The position numbers were made by a program, and so were the translations under genes. 52,222 nt of DNA from Chthonomonadaceae bacterium (GTDB lineage Bacteria; Armatimonadota; Chthonomonadetes; Chthonomonadales; Chthonomonadaceae). Every line of letters begins with the position of its first letter. The stretch's first letter is position 1. The notes below the pieces were generated by a model, which was not told the DNA's origin, did no database searches, and was given only the letters and a program-made list of their open reading frames with translations. Shown piece by piece: positions 14,554 to 24,274 of this stretch. Location: NCBI GenBank assembly GCA_035650735.1, contig DASRGZ010000081.1, positions 1 to 52,222 of the forward strand, in the 5' to 3' direction.

Positions 14554-16968
14554 TTACCGAGGAGAGGTTGCCGGCCCGCTGGAGGCAAGATCTCTCTGGA
14601 AGCGATCTGTTTTCTCCAGGTAGTCGTCCTGGGAGTAATAGTAGAGGTAGCCCCCATCCCCGCGCGAGGCGTGGCGATTCGAGTAGGCATTCCCCCAATT
14701 AGGCTGCGAATAGCTGTCTTCCTGGCCCTCCTGGTCGTTCCCTTGCGCGACAGGTCCTCTATCGCCGCGGGCATCGGAGGACATGCCCTCCGAATCGGCA
14801 GGCTGATCGACCTCTTCGGAATCGTCAGGGGGCGGGGCTGCCGCAAACGATTTAGGCTGATAGTTGTCCGGCTGCGGCTCTATCTCCGTGCCGGTGCCAA
14901 ACACCTCGTCGTGCTCCTCTTCCGTGCGCGCCAGCCCCTGCTGCTGCTGCTGCTGCAATGTCTTCTGCAACTGGGCCAGCGTGGGAACCGGCAGTGGGCC
15001 GGGCGCAATGCCGCGCTTGCGATTGTATTTCTGCTGGAGGGGCAGCGCCGCCGCCATAAAGCGCCGCCAGATTGGAGCGCAGAGGTGTCCGCCCGTCGCG
15101 CCGGGCATCGGCAGATAGCGTGTCACGATGAGGGACTTGCCTCCGGCGGCGTGCTTTTTGACTTTGTGGGCGTTGGCTACCCAGACGGCGGTCGCCAGGT
15201 CGCCCGTGTAGCCGACAAACCAGGCGTCGCGTCGGCTGTCGGTCGTTCCTGTCTTGCCGCGTGCGTCCGGGATGAAGGCGGCGGCCGCGCCCGTGCCGTC
15301 CAAAACCACATGGCGCAGGGCGGCGTTGAGTTGATCGAGCGCGAGCGGCCGTATAAAATTGGGATGCAGCCGCGCCTCGGGATTGTCCTTGAAAACCTCC
15401 TGGCCCTCCGGCCCGTTGATCCGCACCACAAAAGCCGGGTCGTAGCGGTAGCCGCCGTTGGCAAAGGCGCTGTAGGCCGAGCAGATATCCAGTGGATGCA
15501 CGCCGGAGGCGCCCAATGCCAACGGCAGGCCCGCCTGAAGCGGCGTGGTGATCCCCAGGTTGTAGGCATAGCTGGCGATGGTGCCCGGATCGGTCTTTTC
15601 CGCCACCTGCACCGCAACCGTATTGATCGAGAAGCGCAGCGCGTCCAGCACCGAGACGGGGCCGCTGTAGCCGCCGGAATAGTTGTGCACCACCCAGGTC
15701 TTGGGCGGCACGGAGTAGACCAGCTTCTGGTCCTTCACCGTCGTCCACAGGTCGCAGATGTCGTTATCGAACGCGGTCAGGTAGACAAAGGGCTTGAAGG
15801 CCGAACCGGGCTGGCGCACGCCCTGCGTGGCCGCGTTGAACTGGTCGCGCCGGAAATCAGCCCCGCCGACCAGCGCGCGGACATAGCCGGTACGCGGGTC
15901 AATGGAGACCAGAGCGCCCGTGGTCGCGCCCCATTCGCCGTGCAGCGCGGAGCGCAGCGCCCGTTCCGCCGCCTGCTGCATCCTCCAGTCCAGCGTGGTC
16001 TCTATCGTCACGCCGGCATAGAGCATCTCCTCGCCATAGGATTGGCGCACCTGCTTGAGCACCTGGGTCACGAAGTAGGGAGCTTTCCAGTCGGCTGCCG
16101 TCTCCACATGCGGGCGCAGGATATGCAGCCGTTGGGCTTCCGCCTTAGCTTTCTGGCCCGGCGTGATCATACCCAGCGCGGCCATACGCTCCAGCACCTC
16201 GGCACGGCGCTGCAAGGCGGCGTCGCGATGCTGCACGGGCGAATAGGCGCTGGGACGCTGGGGCAGCCCGGCCAGCAGCGCGGCCTCGCCCAGCGTGAGC
16301 TTGCTGGCCGGCTTGCCGAAGTAGGCGCGCGATGCCGCCTCCGCGCCGTAGTTGCCCTCGCCGTAGTAGACCAGGTTCAGGTACATCTCCAGGATTTCGG
16401 GCTTGCTGTAGGCCGCCTCGATCTTGCGGGCCAGCAGTATCTCCTGGAGCTTACGGTTTAGCGTCTTCTCCGGAGTCAGGAACACGTTGCGCGCCAACTG
16501 TTGCGTAATGGTGCTGGCTCCCTGCCCGACCGGATCCCGGTCGCGCAGATTGCTCCAGAGCGCGCGAGCGATGCCCCGGTAGTCCACGCCATGATGCGTA
16601 TAGAAGCGGCTATCCTCAATGGCCAGAGTAGCGTTGATCAGATTAGGTGAAATTTGCGAGAGAGGCACAGGCCGACGATGCTGCGTCTCCAGCGTCGCCA
16701 GAACCACGCCGTCGCTGGAGACGACCCGCGTGATGGCCACCTGGCGCAGATCGGCGAGATTTGCGATGGAAGGCAGGTTCGCGCTTAGCGCGCGAATCAG
16801 CCAGACGCCATAGAGCAGCACGACGGCGACCGCTGTCAGCGCAAACAACAGCACAACGGCCGCAATACGCTTGAGGATGGCCTTGCGTGACCGTACAGTA
16901 CGAGGGCGCACCATCCCTGTGGTGCGCCCTCGCCGTGCGGTTCCTGGATAAACGGAACCCATTGCCAT
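14554..16968 (-). CDS. Class A penicillin-binding protein (PBP1A; transglycosylase/transpeptidase)
   Basis: EDSRFYTHHGVD, GASTITQQL, RKLQE, SAFK (SxxK), SIN (SxN), KTGT. N-terminal TM anchor. Confidence 0.95.
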   Translation of the reverse strand: MAMGSVYPGTARRGRTTGMVRPRTVRSRKAILKRIAAVVLLFALTAVAVVLLYGVWLIRALSANLPSIANLADLRQVAITRVVSSDGVVLATLETQHRRPVPLSQISPNLINATLAIEDSRFYTHHGVDYRGIARALWSNLRDRDPVGQGASTITQQLARNVFLTPEKTLNRKLQEILLARKIEAAYSKPEILEMYLNLVYYGEGNYGAEAASRAYFGKPASKLTLGEAALLAGLPQRPSAYSPVQHRDAALQRRAEVLERMAALGMITPGQKAKAEAQRLHILRPHVETAADWKAPYFVTQVLKQVRQSYGEEMLYAGVTIETTLDWRMQQAAERALRSALHGEWGATTGALVSIDPRTGYVRALVGGADFRRDQFNAATQGVRQPGSAFKPFVYLTAFDNDICDLWTTVKDQKLVYSVPPKTWVVHNYSGGYSGPVSVLDALRFSINTVAVQVAEKTDPGTIASYAYNLGITTPLQAGLPLALGASGVHPLDICSAYSAFANGGYRYDPAFVVRINGPEGQEVFKDNPEARLHPNFIRPLALDQLNAALRHVVLDGTGAAAAFIPDARGKTGTTDSRRDAWFVGYTGDLATAVWVANAHKVKKHAAGGKSLIVTRYLPMPGATGGHLCAPIWRRFMAAALPLQQKYNRKRGIAPGPLPVPTLAQLQKTLQQQQQQGLARTEEEHDEVFGTGTEIEPQPDNYQPKSFAAAPPPDDSEEVDQPADSEGMSSDARGDRGPVAQGNDQEGQEDSYSQPNWGNAYSNRHASRGDGGYLYYYSQDDYLEKTDRFQRDLASSGPATSPR

Positions 16969-17277
16969 TTGGATATGCTCCCCTCTTTCGGCCCCACACG
17001 GGACATGGGATGAGGCATAGCAAACGAAAAGCGCCTGCACGCGGCGAGGGATATAAGTCGCCGGTTCAGACGCACAGGGCCTCTTCCAACTATCCTCAAA
17101 CAGGGAGGACGCTGGAGACGATATTCAATTCTCCTCTGCCGACCGCATAGAGGCCGCCGGCAATTGACGAGGATAGAGTATTCTAGGGTTGTAGTGCAGC
17201 GCTTGGTAGCATAGCGCTTGGTATTCAAATTTCAAACTTCACGCATATAGACGCAGAGAAACAGACTATGTTCCCAA

Positions 17278-17306
17278 AGTTTGCCTTCGGTACCCGAAGG
17301 CAAACT
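17278..17306. other. Perfect 13-bp-stem palindrome in divergent intergenic region
   Basis: AGTTTGCCTTCGG-TAC-CCGAAGGCAAACT. An extended -10 TGATATAAT follows at 17332-17340. Confidence 0.6.
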
Positions 17307-17400
17307 AGCCCTGTTCCTCCCCGCCAATTCGTGATATAATCTTGATGGCTTCACGACCGAACTTTACCCGGCCTTTCCGTACCCTTGATCTAAGGACATT

Positions 17401-19233
17401 TTGGTGAGACAGTCACTCCAATCCGCCGTCCATGCCTATCACCCTGAAACGAATACCAACCGAAGCGGCAGGCCCTCCAGCAGCGTCTTTCGCCGCCTGT
17501 TGCCCTACCTGCACCCCTATCGCTGGAAGATCGCGCTGGGCGTTTGCCTGCTGCTGCTCTCCACGCCGCTCGGCTCGGCCCATCCGCTGATCTGGAAGCA
17601 GATCGTGGACGACGTGATCGGGCATCATCACCCGAATCTGCTGGCGATGTGGCTGCTGATCATGTTCGTCCTCCAGGCCATAGCGACCCTGCTCGACGCC
17701 GGCAAGAGCATTCTCCTGGAGCGCGTCGGGCAGCGGTTCGTTTTCGATCTACGCAATGCCATCTATGCCAAACTACAGCGGCAATCCCTGGCGTACATGC
17801 ATGAGCACCGCATCGGCGACCTGATCGCCCGCGCCATGAGCGATGTGGACGTGCTGCAAGAGGTGGCCTTCCAGAGCATTGACGCCGTGATCGGCAATAC
17901 GCTCAGCTTCCTGGTCGTGGTCGGCATTCTCATCGGCTTGAACTGGAAGCTGGGCCTGGCGACCCTTTTGCCGATTGTCGCCGTCTTCTTCCTGACCCGC
18001 TTCTTTAATGCGCGCGTCAAAGCGCTCTATCGGCAGGCGCGCGACAGGTTGGGCGAGGTCAACGCGCGCCTCCAGGAGAACTTGACCGGGCTGACGCTCA
18101 TCAAAGCCTTCGCCAAAGAGCGCTACGAAGCCAGCCGCTTTCGCGCGGTCTGCGAACGGTACTTACAGACCAATTACCGCGCTATCGCGGCGCGCAACAC
18201 CTTCTTTCCCGCCGTCCGATTCATCGGCTTTTTCAGCAACGTGATCTCAATTGGGTACGGCGGATGGCTGGTGCTTCACGGCCAATTCACTATCGGCGGC
18301 CTGCTTGCCTATCGTGGTTACTGGTGGCAGCTTTTCAGCCCTATCAACAGCCTGGCGACCATCAACGAGCTTCTCCAGCGGGCCAATGCGGCGGGCGCCC
18401 GCGTCTTTGAGCTGCTGGACGCGCCGGAAAGCCTCACCGATGCGCCCGACGCAAAGACGCTCCAGTTGAGCAAGGGCGAAAGCCGGGTTGAGTTCCAGCA
18501 CGTCTCTTTCGCTTATGGCGCCAAGCCGACGCTGCGCGATGTGTCGTTTGTCGCCGAGCCGGGGCAGATGGTGGCCCTGGTCGGGCCAAGCGGCGCCGGC
18601 AAAACGACCGTCCTCAACCTCATTCCCCGCTTCTGGGATGTGACTGCAGGGCGCATCCTGATCAACGGGCAGGATGTCCGGCAGGTCACCCAGGAGAGCC
18701 TGCGCCAGCATATGGCGATGGTGCTGCAGGAGACGTTCCTGTTCAACGGCACCATCCTGGACAATATCCGCTACGGCAGGCCGGACGCGGGGATGGATCA
18801 GGTGGAAAGCGCCGCCCGCGCGGCCAACGCGCACGACTTCATCTGCGAGCTGCCCAAAGGCTACGAGACGGAGATCGGCGAGCGCGGCGTCAAGCTCTCA
18901 GGCGGACAGCGGCAGCGGCTCTCCATTGCCCGCGCCTTCCTTGCCAACCCCGAAATTCTCATCCTCGACGAGCCGACTTCCAGCGTCGAGCCGGAGAGCG
19001 AGGCCATCATCACCCAGGCGCTGGAGCGGCTGATGCAGGGCCGGACGACCTTCGTCACCTCGCACCGGTTCTCCATCGTGCGCAATGCCGATCAGATCCT
19101 CGTGTTTGAGAGCGGCAGGCTCGTGGAGAAAGGCCGCCATGCTGAGCTGCTTGCGCAGGGCGGCCTGTACGCGCAAATGTACACGCTGCAAATGGGCTAT
19201 GAGGCCGAGATGATGGAGGACGCCCGCGTCTAA
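17401..19233 (+). CDS. ABC exporter, fused permease/ATPase (MsbA/MdlB-like)
   Basis: TM domain, Walker A GPSGAGKT, LSGGQRQR, ILILDEPTSS, SHR switch. Exact start uncertain. Confidence 0.95.
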   Translation: MVRQSLQSAVHAYHPETNTNRSGRPSSSVFRRLLPYLHPYRWKIALGVCLLLLSTPLGSAHPLIWKQIVDDVIGHHHPNLLAMWLLIMFVLQAIATLLDAGKSILLERVGQRFVFDLRNAIYAKLQRQSLAYMHEHRIGDLIARAMSDVDVLQEVAFQSIDAVIGNTLSFLVVVGILIGLNWKLGLATLLPIVAVFFLTRFFNARVKALYRQARDRLGEVNARLQENLTGLTLIKAFAKERYEASRFRAVCERYLQTNYRAIAARNTFFPAVRFIGFFSNVISIGYGGWLVLHGQFTIGGLLAYRGYWWQLFSPINSLATINELLQRANAAGARVFELLDAPESLTDAPDAKTLQLSKGESRVEFQHVSFAYGAKPTLRDVSFVAEPGQMVALVGPSGAGKTTVLNLIPRFWDVTAGRILINGQDVRQVTQESLRQHMAMVLQETFLFNGTILDNIRYGRPDAGMDQVESAARAANAHDFICELPKGYETEIGERGVKLSGGQRQRLSIARAFLANPEILILDEPTSSVEPESEAIITQALERLMQGRTTFVTSHRFSIVRNADQILVFESGRLVEKGRHAELLAQGGLYAQMYTLQMGYEAEMMEDARV

Positions 19234-19244
19234 TGCTGTGCGCT

Positions 19245-19910
19245 TTATTGGGCAGCAATCGTGGGAGGCTCCTCTGCCGGCAGGATTTCCAGATGGCAAT
19301 GGGGCGGCGTTCCTCGCTCGCACTGCTGCTGGACAGGCACTCCCATGATCGCGCTCACGAGAGCTTGAGCCAGTTCGCAGATAGTGGGGTTTCTGGCCGC
19401 AATGGTGGAGAATGGGCAGCGATGGCCCTCAATGAAGAGCCTGCCATCCTCCCTGGCCTCTAACTCTACCAGGCCCCCCAGGCTGGTCAGCGCCTCCAAT
19501 GCCTTCCCGATCCGCTCCTCTAGGGCCGCTCCCTCTCCCGCCCGGAGATATTCTTGCGCTATCCCTTGCCCTGCTGTATGGAGAAGCCCAATAAAAGCCT
19601 CGGATGGCAGGCGGGCTGCAAGCGCCCGCAGCAGATGATCGAGTACCGGATCGCACGCTTCAAGAAACAGCGCCTCTCCGGCGTCTGTCAGGTTATAGGC
19701 ATAGTGCGGCTTTCTCAGGCCAGGACGAAGACCCCGCTGCTCTACCAATCCATCACGTTCCAGAGTGGCCAGGTGGGCGCGCACCGTGTTATCTGCCAGC
19801 TCCAACGCTTCCGCCAGTTCCGTGACCGTACGACTTTGACGACGAAGCAGCGCCAGAATGCGCCCGCGTGTGCTCGCAAAAAAGCGTCGGTTGCGCTCAA
19901 AAGGCCCCAT
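19245..19910 (-). CDS. ArsR/SufR-like HTH transcriptional regulator (COG2345 type)
   Basis: STRGRIL.LL, TV.ELA..L....NTVRAHL..LERDGLV, C-terminal CPF...C...C..C. Confidence 0.88.
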   Translation of the reverse strand: MGPFERNRRFFASTRGRILALLRRQSRTVTELAEALELADNTVRAHLATLERDGLVEQRGLRPGLRKPHYAYNLTDAGEALFLEACDPVLDHLLRALAARLPSEAFIGLLHTAGQGIAQEYLRAGEGAALEERIGKALEALTSLGGLVELEAREDGRLFIEGHRCPFSTIAARNPTICELAQALVSAIMGVPVQQQCERGTPPHCHLEILPAEEPPTIAAQ

Positions 19911-20089
19911 GCGTTTCTCTCCCCCTTATCCTATCTATACGCGCCTGAAGAATAAATTGCACAATGAGCTAAAAGTTAGGAATTTTTGGGACTTATTCGA
20001 CTCCTTTGCGTATACGCGGTTATCGAAGCCCGCTTGTGGCCCTAGCTTGGGAACAAGCCAAGTGCGAGTTCGACTTTGGGAGGCAAACG

Positions 20090-20908
20090 ATGCGTTATTA
20101 CAAGGTATCTCTCCTCGCTGCCGCTTTGGGCCTGGGCCTCCTGCCGGTCTCGGCAAGGGGACAGGGCATCGGCGATGTCTTGCGTCTCTTGCGGCCCGAA
20201 GTGCTGCGCCAACTGAACGGGGACGTGGTACGGCTGGTCAACTTTCTCCCCCAGGTAGACGGCCAGAACAGAGCCATTGTGGGTCGGCTGTTCGCCCATG
20301 GCGGGCTGGGACATGCCAAGTTAGGCAAGGATGGGGTCTATCGCCTGCTCATCCGCGTTCCTTCGGGCCAGTTTATCTGGCGGCCCGCTATCATCGTCAT
20401 GGGCCATGCCGGAGACCTGGAGCTAGATTTCAGCAATGAGGACGAGTTCAGCCACCATGCGGCCATTCTGCCTAGCAACGGCGGGCGGGTTTTCATGATA
20501 CTGCCCCAGTACGAGCGGAGGCGAGCGCGCCTGCATCTGGATGCCCCTGGCTACTACTGGTTTGGCTGCCCGGTAGCCAACCATGCGGGTCGGGGAATGC
20601 TGGGCCTCATTCTTGTGCTTGGGGATGTTCCTGACGAAGCCAAGCTGGATCGTCCCAAGAATCTTCGTCTGCCGACTCCTAGCGCCCGTTCCTCACGGGA
20701 GGACACAAGCCATGGACGCCTCACGTCGTTGCCTGCTGCCTACGGCAGCACTGCTTTTGCTTTTGGCTCCTTCACTCCAGGCACAGAAGCCTGGCAACCC
20801 GCGGGAATATCCCTTAACCCAGACGGCGCAGCCCTTAGCTGCCTCTTCTGCCGCCAAGGGGAGCGCGCCGCCCGTCGCGCAAAACCTCACCGCAGAGCGG
20901 CTCGTTAA
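20090..20908 (+). CDS. Secreted PQQ-system-associated cupredoxin-like protein (MSMEG_3727-like); C-terminus reads ~197 nt into the next gene
   Basis: Signal peptide, GGLGHA, LPSNG, PGYYWFGCPVANHAGRGM (C-x4-H-x4-M), EAKLDRP. ATG 20090 after GGGAGG. Confidence 0.78.
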   Translation: MRYYKVSLLAAALGLGLLPVSARGQGIGDVLRLLRPEVLRQLNGDVVRLVNFLPQVDGQNRAIVGRLFAHGGLGHAKLGKDGVYRLLIRVPSGQFIWRPAIIVMGHAGDLELDFSNEDEFSHHAAILPSNGGRVFMILPQYERRRARLHLDAPGYYWFGCPVANHAGRGMLGLILVLGDVPDEAKLDRPKNLRLPTPSARSSREDTSHGRLTSLPAAYGSTAFAFGSFTPGTEAWQPAGISLNPDGAALSCLFCRQGERAARRAKPHRRAAR

Positions 20909-22475
20909 CGCCCGCGCAGAGCCGCAGAACTGGCTCACCTACTATGGGGCCTATGATGGGCAGCGCTATAGCGCCCTCGATCAGATTAACGTAGACAACG
21001 TTAAAAACCTCAAGCCGGCCTGGATTTTCCAGTACGGAAACATCGGCTTACTTGCCACGCCCGCCACGTTCTCCTTTGAGGCCGCGCCTATCGTCGTGGA
21101 CGGGGTGATGTATGTGTCCGGCTGGGATGGCTACGTCTGGGCGCTGGACGCCGCCACCGGTCAACTGCTCTGGGTCTATCAGCACGCCATACCGCTGGAC
21201 ACGCCCATCTGCTGCGGCAACGTCAATCGCGGCGTGGCCGTTGCTAAGGGAAAAGTCTTTGTCGCCACGATCAACGGCTACCTGCTCGCCCTGGATGCAG
21301 CCACGGGAAAGCTCGTCTGGAGCCAGCCTTTCTGCAATGTCCGCTCCGGAGAAAGCGCCACCGCCGCGCCCCTGATCGTCAAGAACCTGGTCATCGCGGG
21401 CAGTTCAGGAGCGGAATACGGGGTGAGAGGCCATCTCGATGCCTTCGACATGGATACCGGCAGGCGAGTCTGGAGGCGATACACCGTGCCCAGGCCGGGA
21501 GAAGCGGGCTCTGAGACCTGGGGCAAAACCAACGATGGCTGGGCCGTCGGCGGGGGCAGCACGTGGATTACCGGCGCCTACGATCCCGCGCTCAACACCC
21601 TCTATTGGGGAACCGGCAACCCCGGCCCGGACTTTGATGACCGCCTCCGCCCTGGCGATAACCTCTACACCTGCTCGGTCCTGGCCCTCAACCCGGACGA
21701 TGGCTCCATCAAGTGGCACTACCAGTGGACGCCTCATGATGTCTGGGACTATGACGGCATTGGTGAGAACATCCTCCTCGACCAGGGAGACCGGAAACTG
21801 CTCGCCCACTTCGACAAGAACGGCTTTCTCTTCCTTCTGGATCGCGTGAGCGGCCAGTTTGTCCGAGCCATCCGGTTCGGCAAAGTCACCTGGGGAGATA
21901 TTGACCCGAGCACAGGCAAGGTGTCCGTCCTGCGCACTCCCACGCCGGAAGGCCAGGAGATATGGCCGGGGCCTGCCGGAGCCAAGGAGTGGCCGCACGC
22001 GGCTTACAATCCCACAACCGGCCTGCTCTACACGCCGGTCATCGAGGCCGGAGCGATTTTCAAGGTCCGGCCAATGCAGTTCCGCGAAAGCATGCCCTAC
22101 TGGGGAGGCGATGCCCATGTGATCGGCAAAGACCATCCTGGCTACATCCGGGCCTTTGATCCGAAGACGGGCAGCCAGGTCTGGGAGTACAAGCACGACT
22201 ATCCGATGGTGGCTTCGGTACTGACCACAGCGGGGGGCCTGGTGATCACCGGTAAGCCGACCGGAGAAGTGATTGCCCTGAACGCCCGCACGGGAGAACT
22301 CCTGTGGCAGTTCAATGCCGGCAGCGGCATCCATAGCAATCCCGTCACCTACAGCGTCAATGGCAAGCAGTACATCGCCGTGCCCAGCGGCTGGGGCGGT
22401 TGGATCGAGGGGTTTGCCCCCAACCTGATTGGCGGCCCACGCGGGAATGCGCTCTTTGTCTTTGCTCTCCCCTGA
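20712..22475 (+). CDS. PQQ-dependent alcohol dehydrogenase, methanol/ethanol family (lanthanide-type D-x-D motif)
   Basis: Signal peptide, RYS.L.QIN..NV..L..AW, vicinal CC in ICCGNVNRG, GAEYGVRG, TGNPGP, HDVWDYDG, PVTYSVNGKQY. ATG after GGGAGG. Confidence 0.95.
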   Translation: MDASRRCLLPTAALLLLLAPSLQAQKPGNPREYPLTQTAQPLAASSAAKGSAPPVAQNLTAERLVNARAEPQNWLTYYGAYDGQRYSALDQINVDNVKNLKPAWIFQYGNIGLLATPATFSFEAAPIVVDGVMYVSGWDGYVWALDAATGQLLWVYQHAIPLDTPICCGNVNRGVAVAKGKVFVATINGYLLALDAATGKLVWSQPFCNVRSGESATAAPLIVKNLVIAGSSGAEYGVRGHLDAFDMDTGRRVWRRYTVPRPGEAGSETWGKTNDGWAVGGGSTWITGAYDPALNTLYWGTGNPGPDFDDRLRPGDNLYTCSVLALNPDDGSIKWHYQWTPHDVWDYDGIGENILLDQGDRKLLAHFDKNGFLFLLDRVSGQFVRAIRFGKVTWGDIDPSTGKVSVLRTPTPEGQEIWPGPAGAKEWPHAAYNPTTGLLYTPVIEAGAIFKVRPMQFRESMPYWGGDAHVIGKDHPGYIRAFDPKTGSQVWEYKHDYPMVASVLTTAGGLVITGKPTGEVIALNARTGELLWQFNAGSGIHSNPVTYSVNGKQYIAVPSGWGGWIEGFAPNLIGGPRGNALFVFALP

Positions 22476-22796
22476 TTCTACTCCGTCAGCGTCCTCCTCA
22501 ATCGCGGTTTAAGGCAGAAGGATGAAGCAAGCACGCGCCCATTTCATCCTTTTGCCTTCCTCTACATCCTTGCCTGGTGGCAGAGCTGTCTCTATTGCTA
22601 AAGAGCTTAGCCCTGTGAGCTGAAATATAAAAAAAACTATAAAATCCTGATTTTTTGTGCTTGACTGCGTGACATGCCCACCACTGCCTGGTAAACGCTT
22701 TCAAGGGGTAAGCGTTCGATTCCGATAGAATGCCTGTCTTCCCGAATTCAGCGCCCTGTCCGACCTACATTGTCTACCTAAAAAGAGGAGGTGGCT

Positions 22797-24206
22797 ATGT
22801 TGCAAACTACGAAGTCACGCACCTACGTTCTGTGTGCCTGCCTCAGCCTTGCCCTGCTGCTTTCCGCCTGCCTGTTCCGGGTGAAAGCACAGGGGCCGCC
22901 ACACAGCCATGCCTTCGACAATGCGATCCTGCTCAACGCAGGCCGCATGCTCGCCGATGGCAGAAGGACCTTCCGCTTTGATACCTTTGGAGACGAGGCG
23001 TTCTGGGGCGACACGCTCAAGCTCCACCAGGCTATCGAGGGTCAGACCTTTGGAGGGGTTGGCCCTGGGGTCAGCCCCCGACAGGCGCTGGCTCTGGGGT
23101 TGAAAGTAGATGTGGATGCCCTGCCAGCCGACCTGATGCAAAAACTGAGAAACAATCAGGTTAACCTCGATGATCCGGCGAACACGCTGGCCCTGATGAA
23201 GCTCAACGCGGTGGTGGGAATCACCGGCTTCTTTAACCCCGATGGCAGCCTGAAGTCTATGGGTATCCAATGTGCTCTTTGCCATTCAACGGTGAACGAC
23301 TCCTTTGCTCCCGGCATCGGCCATCGGCTGGATGGCTGGGCCAACCACGACCTTAATGTCGGCGCGATCATCGCCTTGGCTCCCGACCTGAGCGCGCTCG
23401 TCAACCTGCTCAAACTTGCCGACCCGACCGTTACCACGGCTCAGCTCAAAGACGTGCTCCTGGGCTGGGGACCCGGTAAGTTCGACGCCGAGCTGTTCCT
23501 CGACGGCAAAGCCCTCAACCCCGACAGCCCGATCTCCGGCAAGTCCGCCGCCACGCTCATTCCCAATGCCTTCGGCCTGGCCGGCTTCAACCTGCACACC
23601 TGGACCGGCGGATGGGGCACGGTCACCTACTGGAACGCCTTTGTGGCCAACATCGAAATGCACGGCAAAGGCACCTTCTTTGATGAGCGGCTGGATAATG
23701 CAATCCAGTTCCCCATTGCCGCTGCCGCCGGCCTGGGGCATCTGAAAACCGACCCGGACAGCGACCTTATCACCAAGAAGCTGCCGGCGCTCCAGTTCTA
23801 CCAGTTAGCCATTCCGGCCCCGAAGCCCACGCCCGGCGTAGATTTCGACCCGGCAGCGGCGGCACGCGGGGATGAACTCTTCGGCGGCAAGGCCCAGTGC
23901 GGCAACTGCCACATCGAGCCGCTCTGGACGGAGCCGGGCTGGAATACGCACAAACCAGAAGACATCAAGATCGAGCGTTTCCAGGCCGACCGGTCGCCGG
24001 ATCACAGCTACAAGACAATGAACCTGGCCGGTCTCTTTGTGCGCGAGCGCGGCCTGTTTATGGATCCGGCCAACAAGGGCCGCTTCTATCACGATGGCCG
24101 CTTTAAGACGCTGCGGGATGTCGTGGATAGTTACAACGTCCGTCTCAACCTGGGGTTAACCGATCAGGAGAAGAGCGACATCGTTGAATACCTGAAGTCG
24201 CTGTAG
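22797..24206 (+). CDS. Secreted diheme c-type cytochrome (peroxidase/RoxA-like architecture, function unknown)
   Basis: Two CxxCH motifs (CALCH, CGNCH), RG..LF preceding the second heme, FYHDGRF.TL, DIVEYLKSL end. RBS GAGGAGGT. Confidence 0.85.
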   Translation: MLQTTKSRTYVLCACLSLALLLSACLFRVKAQGPPHSHAFDNAILLNAGRMLADGRRTFRFDTFGDEAFWGDTLKLHQAIEGQTFGGVGPGVSPRQALALGLKVDVDALPADLMQKLRNNQVNLDDPANTLALMKLNAVVGITGFFNPDGSLKSMGIQCALCHSTVNDSFAPGIGHRLDGWANHDLNVGAIIALAPDLSALVNLLKLADPTVTTAQLKDVLLGWGPGKFDAELFLDGKALNPDSPISGKSAATLIPNAFGLAGFNLHTWTGGWGTVTYWNAFVANIEMHGKGTFFDERLDNAIQFPIAAAAGLGHLKTDPDSDLITKKLPALQFYQLAIPAPKPTPGVDFDPAAAARGDELFGGKAQCGNCHIEPLWTEPGWNTHKPEDIKIERFQADRSPDHSYKTMNLAGLFVRERGLFMDPANKGRFYHDGRFKTLRDVVDSYNVRLNLGLTDQEKSDIVEYLKSL

Positions 24207-24274
24207 ATATGAGTGAAAGAGCCTGGAAACGGTTTCACCGCCCGTTTCCACAACCACATGAAAAGGAGCCGATA

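Noticed and set aside
14368..16461. 697-aa plus-strand ORF and other long antisense ORFs (e.g. 2967-4334, 25197-26528, 31528-32760, 34109-35188)
   Set aside because: Shadow ORFs opposite well-supported genes, as expected in high-GC DNA. No recognisable motifs.
22578..22600. Possible sigma54 promoter TGGCA...TTGC before the diheme gene
   Set aside because: GG-to-GC spacing is far longer than the required 10 nt.
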